A stretch of DNA of 42,307 bases from a bacterium (GTDB lineage: Bacteria; Patescibacteriota; Minisyncoccia; Phycocordibacterales; UBA10002), in contig JAUSFR010000077.1 of NCBI GenBank assembly GCA_030649775.1, positions 1 through 42,307 on the forward strand, read 5' to 3'. The first letter of the stretch is position 1. Each line of letters opens with the position of its first letter. A model generated the notes under the pieces. That model made no database searches. It was not told the DNA's origin and saw nothing but the letters and a program-made list of their open reading frames with translations. Positions 1 to 7,063 of the stretch are shown piece after piece. Position numbers and translations under genes: made by a program.

Positions 1-1
1 A

Positions 2-574
2 GGCGGGCAAGCCTTCACTCAAACCCTCAAACTCGGTGACCGTACTCCCGAAGTGCAGAAACTCCAGGAGTTCCTCATTACCGAAGGTCTCCTCCCCGAC
101 ACCGCTCGCACCGGCTTCTTCGGCCCCCTTACGCAAACCGCTCTCATCACCTTCCAGAGGAACTCGGGAAGCATCTCCTCCTCGGAGAGAGGTATCCTAG
201 GCTCTGGCACCCGCTCCCTTATCAACGCCATGCTCACTGCGAAGGCAACCACCACTCCTACAAACTCGGGACAAGCAATAGCAAAACAAGAAAATAGCAA
301 AATAGCCTTCACCAAACCGCTCAAACTCGGTTCACGCGGAGATGATGTGAAAAACCTCCAACTCTTCCTCAACGCAAACGGCGTTACCGTATCAGTCGCA
401 GGCCCAGGCTCACAAGGACAGGAAACCACCTACTACGGCCCCGCTACCGCCCGTGCCATTACCCGTTTCCAAGAAGCCTACCGCTCCGACATCCTTACCC
501 CGAACAACCTCTCTCGAGGCACTGGCTACTTCGGCCCCGCGACTCTCAAAAAGCTTAATACGCTCCTGAAGTAG
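2..574 (+). CDS. peptidoglycan-binding domain protein (C-terminal part; 5' end lies outside the window)
   Basis: The frame is open from nt 2, with no stop upstream of the GTG at 53. Two repeats of a PG_binding_1-like pattern are present (LQEFL...GFFGPLTQTALITFQ and LQLFL...YYGPATARAITRFQ). Stop TAG at 572-574. Confidence 0.6.
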   Translation, partial: GGQAFTQTLKLGDRTPEVQKLQEFLITEGLLPDTARTGFFGPLTQTALITFQRNSGSISSSERGILGSGTRSLINAMLTAKATTTPTNSGQAIAKQENSKIAFTKPLKLGSRGDDVKNLQLFLNANGVTVSVAGPGSQGQETTYYGPATARAITRFQEAYRSDILTPNNLSRGTGYFGPATLKKLNTLLK

Positions 575-669
575 GGAAACTGTTCTCCATTCACTATTCT
601 CCTATTTTCCCATCCCCCTCTTAACCCCAGGGGCTTAACGTATGTACCAAGGGAGGGTATAATAGGCGG

Positions 670-1659
670 ATGAAAAAAATAAACGTAGCGATAAACGGGT
701 TGGGAAGAATTGGACGGGCCTTTTTGCGGGTGGCAAGTAAGCATCCGGAGATTAGTGTTGTCGCGGTGAATGACCTCGGCGACAAAGCGAACATGGAGTA
801 TCTCCTCGCGTATGATTCGGTCTATGGGAGGAGTGAGGTAACGCTTTCGGGGATACAGTATCTTTCGGAAAAAGAACCGAGTAAACTCCCGTGGAAGGAC
901 CTTGACGTGGATGTGGTGATTGAATCAACTGGTTTTTTCACGAGTGCGGAGGGCGCGGGACAGCACCTCACCGCGGGTGCGAAGCGGGTCATTGTAACCG
1001 CTCCGATAAAAGGGGATGACCCCGCATTCAAAACGGTGTTGATGGGACTCAACGAAGAGGCGCTCAAGGACTGTAAAATTAGCTCAAACGCTTCTTGTAC
1101 AACCAACGCTACGTCTCCGCTGATTGCGATTTTGGACGAGGTTATCGGCATTGAGAAAGCGGTGCTGAACACCGTACACGCTTACACCGCGACGCAAGCT
1201 CTTGTGGATTCTCCCGCGGGGAAGAAGGGGTTTCGTGAAGGGCGGGCGGCGGCGCAAAATATCATTCCGTCTTCAACCGGCGCGGCGATTGCCGTTACCA
1301 AGGCGTATCCCGGGCTTCTCGGAAAGTTTGACGGCATCTCGCTTCGCGTGCCGGTCATTTGTGGTTCCATTGCTGATATTACCTTTATCGCGAAACGTGA
1401 TACGAGTGTGGAGGAAGTGAACTCTGCGCTCACCACAGCCTCAAAGGAAAAACGCTGGCAAGGCATCTTCGCCGTGGCTGAAGCGGAGCTTGTCTCAAGC
1501 GATATTCTCGGCCGTCCCGAAGGCGCGATTGCGGAGCTTTCTATGACCCGTGTTGTCGGGGGCAACCTCGTCAAAGTCCTCGCGTGGTATGACAACGAGA
1601 TGGGGTACACCAATACGCTCATACGGCATGTGCTCCAGGCAGGAAAACTTCTGAAATAA
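670..1659 (+). CDS. gap: type I glyceraldehyde-3-phosphate dehydrogenase
   Basis: 329 aa. NAD-binding N-terminus INGLGRIGR, catalytic SNASCTTNA motif, and C-terminal WYDNEMGY. Confidence 0.95.
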   Translation: MKKINVAINGLGRIGRAFLRVASKHPEISVVAVNDLGDKANMEYLLAYDSVYGRSEVTLSGIQYLSEKEPSKLPWKDLDVDVVIESTGFFTSAEGAGQHLTAGAKRVIVTAPIKGDDPAFKTVLMGLNEEALKDCKISSNASCTTNATSPLIAILDEVIGIEKAVLNTVHAYTATQALVDSPAGKKGFREGRAAAQNIIPSSTGAAIAVTKAYPGLLGKFDGISLRVPVICGSIADITFIAKRDTSVEEVNSALTTASKEKRWQGIFAVAEAELVSSDILGRPEGAIAELSMTRVVGGNLVKVLAWYDNEMGYTNTLIRHVLQAGKLLK

Positions 1660-1685
1660 TGAAAATAGGGGAATAATGAAAAAAG
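1655..1685. repeat. left inverted-repeat array (2 x 17 nt: AATAATGAAAATAGGGG AATAATGAAAAAAGCAA)
   Basis: AATAATGAAAATAG is the exact reverse complement of CTATTTTCATTATT at 2121-2134 and 2138-2151. It starts in the gap stop codon and heads a roughly 110-nt polypurine spacer. Confidence 0.85.
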
Positions 1686-1766
1686 CAAAATAGGACATAA
1701 GAAAATAACAGAAAAGGAAGAATAGGAAAAATAGCAGAATAATAAAAATAAGGAAATAAACAATCT

Positions 1767-2120
1767 ATGAAGGATTACAAAGAGTGGATTGTCTGGCAGA
1801 AGAGTATGGATTTAGTTACCACCATTTATACGGTCACTGATGTGTTTCCCAAAAGCGAATTGTATTCTCTGGCTTCACAGATGCAACGAGCCGCGGTCTC
1901 TATTCCTTCAAACATCGCCGAAGGGTATGCAAGAATAAACAGCAAAGATAAACATCATTTCTACGTTATCGCCTTTGCGTCTTCTAAAGAACTTGAAACA
2001 CAATTGGAAATCGCAAGAAGGCTCAAATACATAAACGAAACAGATTTTGCAAACTGTAGTGCACTTCTGCTTGAGGTGGTAAAGTTGCTTTCGAAGATGG
2101 TCTTTAGAAAGGTTGACTAA
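1767..2120 (+). CDS. four-helix-bundle protein (23S rRNA intervening-sequence protein family)
   Basis: 117 aa. The family-typical segment QMQRAAVSIPSNIAEGYAR is present. The gene is visibly AT-richer than its neighbours and is flanked by inverted 17-nt repeat arrays. Confidence 0.85.
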   Translation: MKDYKEWIVWQKSMDLVTTIYTVTDVFPKSELYSLASQMQRAAVSIPSNIAEGYARINSKDKHHFYVIAFASSKELETQLEIARRLKYINETDFANCSALLLEVVKLLSKMVFRKVD

Positions 2121-2151
2121 CTATTTTCATTATTTTACTATTTTCATTATT
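2121..2151. repeat. right inverted-repeat array (2 x 17 nt: CTATTTTCATTATTTTA CTATTTTCATTATT...)
   Basis: Starts 1 nt after the stop of the four-helix-bundle gene. Reverse complement of 1655-1685 (about 27/31). Confidence 0.85.
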
Positions 2152-2158
2152 TTTTATT

Positions 2159-2620
2159 ATGCGCATCCTATTCGCCGGCGACCACGCCGGGTTTGAACTG
2201 AAAAGAGAGTTGATGGCGTTCGTGAAAACGCTCGGGCACGAGGTTGAAGATTGTGGCCCGCTCTCGTTTGATAAGACGGACGACTATCCCGACTTTGTCA
2301 TTCCCATGGCGAAGAAAGTCGCGGGAAAACCCTCAACCGAGGTACGCGGTGTTGTGGCTGCGGGTTCGGGGCAGGGGGAAGTCATCGCGGCCAATCGCGT
2401 GGCGGGCGTTCGCGCGGTGGTGTACTATGGCAACAACCCGAGTATGGTGAAGGTGTCCCGCGACCACAACGATTCAAATGTCATCACCATCGGGACGCGG
2501 TTTGTGACACTTGAGGATGCCAAGGAAGCCGTGCGCCTCTGGCTCGAAACGCCATTTAGCAATGACGAGCGACACGTTCGCCGTCTGCAAAAGATAGAGG
2601 CATTAGGCCTTAGGCTCTAG
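2159..2620 (+). CDS. rpiB: ribose-5-phosphate isomerase B
   Basis: 153 aa. N-terminus MRILFAGDHAGFELK and the overall RpiB/LacAB pattern. The last codons are built from CTAG-type heptamer repeats. Confidence 0.9.
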   Translation: MRILFAGDHAGFELKRELMAFVKTLGHEVEDCGPLSFDKTDDYPDFVIPMAKKVAGKPSTEVRGVVAAGSGQGEVIAANRVAGVRAVVYYGNNPSMVKVSRDHNDSNVITIGTRFVTLEDAKEAVRLWLETPFSNDERHVRRLQKIEALGLRL

Positions 2621-2674
2621 GAAATCAAGACGGCTTTCTTTACCTAGTGCCTAGAGCCTAGTATCCTAGAGCCT
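2604..2674. repeat. CTAG-type heptamer hairpin element
   Basis: TAGGCCT TAGGCTC TAGGAAA ... CCTAGTG CCTAGAG CCTAGTA(T) CCTAGAG CCTATG. It overlaps the rpiB stop and abuts the rpe start. Confidence 0.8.
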
Positions 2675-3454
2675 ATGACCCACATCGTCCCCGCCATCCT
2701 CCCCAAAGATTTTCAAGAGATACTCGCGAAGCTCGAGCTTGTTAAAGGCGCTGTGGACAGCGTTCAAATAGACATTGTTGACGGAAAATTCGCACCGAAC
2801 AAAACATGGCCGTACATCGGCGACCACGGCGAAATCACGAACATAGTTAATGAACAAGAAGGCTTTCCGTTCTGGAAGGATTTTGATTTTGAGTTTGACC
2901 TTATGGTGGTAAAGCCTGAGGAAGCGGTGCCGTTTTGGGTGCGGGCGGGAGCAAGCAGGGTTATTGTGCATATAGAAAGTACGCCACCCGATACACTCTC
3001 GGACATTATCAAAGAATGGAAGCATGCGGTGGATATTGGCCTTGCGCTCAAGCCCTCTACTCCGCTCGAGAAATTGGAAACGTTTTTGCACGAGGTGAGC
3101 TTTGTGCAGTGTATGGGGAATGACAGGATAAGTTTTGGAGGCGTACCGCTTGATGAACGCGTGGTACTCCCGAAAATTGCACACCTACGGAAAAAGTATC
3201 CGGAACTCACCATTAGCGTGGATATTGGGGTGAGTCTTGAAACCGCTCCGAGGCTCATTGAGGCGGGCGCGAGTCGCCTCGTTGCAGGCTCCGCCGTGTT
3301 CGGTAAAGCGAACCCCGCGGGAGCGGTGCGAGAACTTGAACGGCTGTTTACTCTCCACGCAGAATTCCCCGACAGCTTTGCTGCGGGGATGAATGCGGGG
3401 AGAGTGGGAAGGGGGTCGGGGAAACGAGAGTTTCCCCGTGGAGGAAAGCAGTGA
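2675..3454 (+). CDS. rpe: ribulose-phosphate 3-epimerase family protein with an unusual ~35-aa C-terminal tail
   Basis: 259 aa. Epimerase pattern IVPAILP...VQIDIVDGKFAPN. The tail from about nt 3350 is low-complexity and reads through a repeated hairpin, so the real C-terminus is uncertain. Confidence 0.75.
   Translation: MTHIVPAILPKDFQEILAKLELVKGAVDSVQIDIVDGKFAPNKTWPYIGDHGEITNIVNEQEGFPFWKDFDFEFDLMVVKPEEAVPFWVRAGASRVIVHIESTPPDTLSDIIKEWKHAVDIGLALKPSTPLEKLETFLHEVSFVQCMGNDRISFGGVPLDERVVLPKIAHLRKKYPELTISVDIGVSLETAPRLIEAGASRLVAGSAVFGKANPAGAVRELERLFTLHAEFPDSFAAGMNAGRVGRGSGKREFPRGGKQ
3367..3390 (+). repeat. hairpin motif CCCCGACAGCTTTGCTGCGGGGAT (copy inside the rpe tail)
   Basis: Near-identical to 3516-3538 (CCCCGTCAGCTTGCTGCGGGGAT). 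Confidence 0.75.
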
Positions 3455-3515
3455 GCCCGCCAGGGCGAGCGTTGAAAACCGAGAGGTTTGCAAAATAAAT
3501 TCTGCTCGCCTAATA

Positions 3516-3538
3516 CCCCGTCAGCTTGCTGCGGGGAT
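3516..3538 (+). repeat. hairpin motif CCCCGTCAGCTTGCTGCGGGGAT (intergenic copy)
   Basis: Nested in a longer stem, GCTCGCCTAATA (3504-15) / ATAGGACGAGC (3537-47). Confidence 0.75.
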
Positions 3539-3632
3539 AGGACGAGCGGGATTTATTAAGGCGTAGTTGGCGCTATGTGCGGTATCTCGTGTGCTTTTCG
3601 CACTGTCCTTAAAAGTGATATACTTGAGAAGT

Positions 3633-3926
3633 ATGAAGAAAACAAATACAAAAGAAGTAACAATGGAAAATATTGCAACTTTGATTACGGAGTCGCAAGA
3701 AAGTCTTGCTCGTATGGTGGCAAATGGTTTTTCAGAACAGGAAAGGAGAATAACGGACACACTTATTGGAAAGATTGAAGGCGTCGAGACTCGACTGGGA
3801 CAGCAAATCAACGGTTTAAGCAGTCGTATTGATACGCTTGTTGATGATAAAGTTTCGCGGAGTGACCACAAGCTTTTAGCTGACAGAGTATCCAGACTTG
3901 AGATAGCTACTCACGCAAGGAAATAG
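3633..3926 (+). CDS. hypothetical coiled-coil-like protein
   Basis: 97 aa from the first ATG; the track ORF starts at TTG 3567. Heptad-like charged sequence with no recognisable family. AT-richer than its neighbours. Confidence 0.55.
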   Translation: MKKTNTKEVTMENIATLITESQESLARMVANGFSEQERRITDTLIGKIEGVETRLGQQINGLSSRIDTLVDDKVSRSDHKLLADRVSRLEIATHARK

Positions 3927-3932
3927 TTCTCC

Positions 3933-4850
3933 ATGCCATCTTCATCTAAAAATGACGGTACCGTGCATAACCCTACCGATACGCATCTCACGGATGCGGA
4001 GGTAAAAGCGCTTGCCATTAAGGCAAATGAGGTTCGTATCACGCTCATTGAAGCGCTGATTGAAGCGGGGTCCGGACACACCGCGGGACCACTTGGTATG
4101 GCGGATATTTTTACCTACCTCTATTTTCACGAACTCCGGCACGACCCGAAAAATCCCGAGTGGCCGGAGCGCGACAGGCTGGTACTCTCAAACGGACATA
4201 TTTGTCCGGTACTTTATTCGGCGATGGCGCACGCGGGCTATTTCGGTAAGGATGGCGTGGCACAGTTTACGAAAAGCCTTCGCAAATACGGGAGTATCTT
4301 TCAAGGACATCCGCATCGCGAATATATGCCCGCGCTTGAGACGTCCTCCGGACCGCTCGGAAGCGGTCTTTCGCAGGCGGTTGGAATGGCACTCGCGGAG
4401 CGCATTGACGCGGGACGTTCCTACAAAAAATGGTTTTACGCGCTCCTTTCGGATGGTGAGCTTGAAGAAGGGAACAGCTGGGAAGGCGCGATGCTCGCGG
4501 GTAAAGAGAAGCTCGGCAATCTCATCGCGATTGTTGACCGCAATAATATTCAGATAGACGGCTTTACCGAGGATATTATGCCCCTTGAGCCACTCTCCGA
4601 TAAATGGCAGGCGTTCAACTGGCATGTGATTGAAGTAAATGGACACGATTTCGCGGATATCCACCGAGCGATAGGCGAGGCCAAGGCCGAGTTTGATATG
4701 CCGACCGTACTTATCGCAAACACCATCCCCGGCAAGGGCGTCCCCGATTTTGAACGAAAGTTTGAGTGGCACGGCAAGCCCCCCACACCAAAAGAGGGAG
4801 AGATGGCTCTAGCGGTGCTTAGGGAGCTGGGAGAGAAAATCTCCAAATAG
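3933..4850 (+). CDS. transketolase, N-terminal (ThDP-binding) subunit
   Basis: 305 aa. Motifs GSGHTAGPLGMADI, QGHPH and LSDGELEEGNSWE, typical of the split-transketolase N-terminal half. Confidence 0.92.
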   Translation: MPSSSKNDGTVHNPTDTHLTDAEVKALAIKANEVRITLIEALIEAGSGHTAGPLGMADIFTYLYFHELRHDPKNPEWPERDRLVLSNGHICPVLYSAMAHAGYFGKDGVAQFTKSLRKYGSIFQGHPHREYMPALETSSGPLGSGLSQAVGMALAERIDAGRSYKKWFYALLSDGELEEGNSWEGAMLAGKEKLGNLIAIVDRNNIQIDGFTEDIMPLEPLSDKWQAFNWHVIEVNGHDFADIHRAIGEAKAEFDMPTVLIANTIPGKGVPDFERKFEWHGKPPTPKEGEMALAVLRELGEKISK

Positions 4851-4872
4851 TATGAAAGGTATCTTTAGAGCT

Positions 4873-4947
4873 TTTGGTGAGGGGCAAGCCACGAATAAGG
4901 AGGAAGGCGCGATGGCGCTTAGGGAGATCGGTGAAAAGATGGCGTAG
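4873..4947 (+). pseudogene. decayed duplicate of the transketolase N-subunit 3' end (copy 1)
   Basis: Translates as GQATNKEEGAMALREIGEKMA* against the authentic HGKPPTPKEGEMALAVLRELGEKISK* (nt 4767-4850). Nucleotide similarity is visible by eye. Confidence 0.7.
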
Positions 4948-5022
4948 GTGTGAGAGACAGTTGATTGAACTCCGTGATGGCCGAGCGTATACTTATAGTT
5001 ACTTATTAACTTATAAAGGTCT

Positions 5023-5328
5023 ATGAAAGAAAAAAAATTAAAACCCGTTCTTTCCCTTCTCGTATTTTTGGAAACGGTGTATCTGTGTTTGAGTCTCACG
5101 ATGATTTATTTTACGGTGTTTTTCCCGTCCCCCGCGGATAAACTGGCGATTACGAGTTGGGTTATCTTCTCCTATTTCTTATTGCCCGCGCTCCTCTTTA
5201 AGAATGTGGTGGTGTCCACGCTCAAAAAGGGAGTGCTTTCTAAGGAAGATAAGATGTGGCTTATCCTCCGTTGCAGTATCTATCTTTTGCTCACCGTCTA
5301 CTCATACCCGCTCATTGTGCGGGTGTAA
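5023..5328 (+). CDS. hypothetical membrane protein (about 3 TM segments)
   Basis: 101 aa with hydrophobic segments throughout. Lies between two tkt-N 3' fragments. Confidence 0.55.
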   Translation: MKEKKLKPVLSLLVFLETVYLCLSLTMIYFTVFFPSPADKLAITSWVIFSYFLLPALLFKNVVVSTLKKGVLSKEDKMWLILRCSIYLLLTVYSYPLIVRV

Positions 5329-5361
5329 GGGGTGTAACGGATAGAATATCCTTTCCTCGTG

Positions 5362-5470
5362 CCCTATTTTGAACGTACGTTTGAATGATATGGCACAAGC
5401 CTCCGAACAAGGGGGAAAGGCGTGATGGTGCTAAAAGTCTTGCGGGAGTTAGGCGAGGGAATAGGTGAGA
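5362..5470 (+). pseudogene. decayed, frameshifted duplicate of the transketolase N-subunit 3' end (copy 2)
   Basis: Reads FERTFE*, then WHKPPNKGE, then after a frameshift MVLKVLRELGEGIGE. The authentic sequence is DFERKFEWHGKPPTPKEGEMALAVLRELGEKISK. Confidence 0.7.
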
Positions 5471-5483
5471 GTACTGACAGCGT

Positions 5484-5789
5484 ATGAGAGTAATGTACAT
5501 AGCTAAGGTAAAGAAATTCATTGAATCGTTAGATGACGTTCTGGCGTTTCGAGTCGCTCGGAGCATTGACTCTTTGGAGCGATACGGAAATCTACTTGGA
5601 CTGCCTGTGTCCAAGGCCATGGGCAAAGGGTTGTTTGAATTAAGAATTACTGGGGACAACCACATCAGGATCTTTTACTGTTTCCACAATAATAACGCTG
5701 TCATTTTACACGCAATTTTTAAACAACATCACTCAATTCCTAAGAGGGAGATTGAATATGCGAGAAAAACAATAAAAGAGTTGCGGTAA
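5484..5789 (+). CDS. type II toxin, RelE/ParE superfamily (HigB / phage Gp49-like)
   Basis: 101 aa. The pattern GLFELRITGDNHIRIFYCFHNNNAVILHAIFKQHHSIPKREIEYA is typical of Gp49/HigB-like toxins. It precedes an XRE-HTH gene, which is the toxin-first HigBA order. Confidence 0.75.
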   Translation: MRVMYIAKVKKFIESLDDVLAFRVARSIDSLERYGNLLGLPVSKAMGKGLFELRITGDNHIRIFYCFHNNNAVILHAIFKQHHSIPKREIEYARKTIKELR

Positions 5790-5807
5790 GATAACACACA
5801 TGTTATC
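5790..5807. promoter_or_regulatory. inverted repeat GATAACA-CACA-TGTTATC between the toxin and antitoxin genes
   Basis: Perfect 7-bp arms, with a third half-site ATGTTAT at 5808-5814 abutting the antitoxin ATG. Could be an operator or a translational-coupling hairpin. Confidence 0.35.
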
Positions 5808-5815
5808 ATGTTATT

Positions 5816-6106
5816 ATGAAAAATAAACACACATTGCGATTGGTAACGCACCAAGAACTCAAAAGGGAGCTCTTCAGGAGACCTGGGGTTCGAAAAGCAT
5901 ACGAGGAGCTGGAGTTTGAATTTAAGATTATGGACGCACTCATACGCGCGCGAATTAAGAAGAAACTCACTCAGCGAGGACTTGCTCAGAAAATCGGCGT
6001 GGCGCAGTCCGCGCTTGCGCGTTTTGAATCCGGACGGACGAACCCGACGCTCTCTTTCCTGAAAAAGGTTACGGTGGGGTTGGGGCTGAAGCTTTCGGTG
6101 AAGTAG
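5816..6106 (+). CDS. XRE-family helix-turn-helix antitoxin (HigA-like)
   Basis: 96 aa. HTH segment LTQRGLAQKIGVAQSALARFESGRTNPTLSFLKKV. Confidence 0.8.
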   Translation: MKNKHTLRLVTHQELKRELFRRPGVRKAYEELEFEFKIMDALIRARIKKKLTQRGLAQKIGVAQSALARFESGRTNPTLSFLKKVTVGLGLKLSVK

Positions 6107-6124
6107 AGGAAAAAGCTGTTAGCT

Positions 6125-6466
6125 GTGAAGAAAGAAGAAATCGTTAATCTGTGGTTAATTAAAGATACTGTGAAAATAAATATCTTTGGAATGCTGGGTA
6201 TTGTAGGTGTAATAATAATATGGATAGTTTCTTATTTGTTTTCACGAACATTAGATGGTGTTGAGGCGCTTGGATTTGGTGCGCTTCCTCTATTTGCGTC
6301 TTCTCTTTGGATAGCGTCTCTGGTTTTTATTGCGACGGCAATATCACTTAAAGATTTATCTAGACAACAGAATAAATTAGCATTTTTAATCCCACGGGTC
6401 TTTCTGCTTTTAGTGAGTGGTCTCGTAATCCTTAATTTCTGTTTTATAGCTATACGTTATATTTAA
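6125..6466 (+). CDS. hypothetical membrane protein (3-4 TM segments)
   Basis: 113 aa with a GTG start. Markedly AT-rich. Lies directly downstream of the HigBA-like pair. Confidence 0.55.
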   Translation: MKKEEIVNLWLIKDTVKINIFGMLGIVGVIIIWIVSYLFSRTLDGVEALGFGALPLFASSLWIASLVFIATAISLKDLSRQQNKLAFLIPRVFLLLVSGLVILNFCFIAIRYI

Positions 6467-6469
6467 TCC

Positions 6470-6562
6470 ATGCTCAATTTTTCCCTTAAACTCAACCCCA
6501 AACTTTGGGACAAAGACATAGAGCAAGCGCCAATTCGCAAGGGGTTTGGCGAAGGATTTTGA
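6470..6562 (+). pseudogene. duplicate of the transketolase C-subunit 5' end (30-codon stub)
   Basis: MLNFSLKLNPKLWDKDIEQAPIRKGFGEGF* against the authentic MSTMLTISQKLNPKLWDKDIEQAPIRKGFGEGLL (7064 onward). Near-identical nucleotides over about 85 nt. Confidence 0.85.
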
Positions 6563-6571
6563 TGCTGATCT

Positions 6572-6991
6572 ATGGCTTTTGCAAAGACAATAAAGAGATT
6601 TCTGGAGTGGATTGGGTTGAAAGAGAAACTACACATCTCGGTACATCAACCACCTCTTTTCAAGGAGAGCGAGATTTGGTGGTGTCACCTCGGCGAAAAT
6701 ATCGGAATTGAGGCGAATGGAAAGGGAGACAAGTTCACTCGTCCCGTTTTTGTTCTCAAAAAGTACGATCGATATTCTTTTCTCGGCCTACCGCTTACTA
6801 CCAAACTGAAAGAGGGGTCATGGTATGCGCCGATTGGCTTTGCGGGAGTCAAACAGGTTATCATGTTGTCGCAAGGCAGGGTTCTTGACTATCGGCGTCT
6901 GAAAGAAAAGATGGGCGAGCTGGAAGAGAAGGAAGCGACGACGGTTAAAGACGCATACCTCAAGCTTCATAGTGCCTCTATAAAAAAATAG
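6572..6991 (+). CDS. PemK/MazF-like toxin-fold protein with no adjacent antitoxin
   Basis: 139 aa. The pattern SEIWWCHLGENIGIEANGKGDKFTRPVFVLKK...LPLTTK...MLSQGRVLDYRRL resembles the MazF/PemK SH3-like barrel pattern. Confidence 0.6.
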   Translation: MAFAKTIKRFLEWIGLKEKLHISVHQPPLFKESEIWWCHLGENIGIEANGKGDKFTRPVFVLKKYDRYSFLGLPLTTKLKEGSWYAPIGFAGVKQVIMLSQGRVLDYRRLKEKMGELEEKEATTVKDAYLKLHSASIKK

Positions 6992-6993
6992 AC

Positions 6994-7015
6994 CTCCCGC
7001 CGTTTCCGGCGGGAG
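6994..7015 (+). terminator. hairpin CTCCCGCCG-TTTC-CGGCGGGAG after the MazF-like gene
   Basis: 9-bp GC-rich stem 3 nt after the stop codon, with no clear T-tract. Confidence 0.35.
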
Positions 7016-7063
7016 TCGTGGGATAATCCCAAATAGAGTCACAGTTTATCAAAGTAAGGTATA

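Larger units (their letters stand above)
4851..7063 (+). mobile_element. composite insertion islet between the two transketolase genes (no recombinase visible)
   Basis: Five small accessory ORFs plus three duplicated tkt gene-end fragments at block boundaries. Several blocks are AT-richer than their surroundings. Confidence 0.45.

Noticed and set aside
1182-1763. 193-aa minus-strand ORF
   Set aside because: It is antisense to gap and runs through the polypurine spacer, so its N-terminus is a low-complexity translation of the repeat.
1767-2120. Presence of an rRNA operon implied by the '23S rRNA intervening sequence protein' family name
   Set aside because: No rRNA-like sequence flanks the gene. 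It sits between gap and rpiB.
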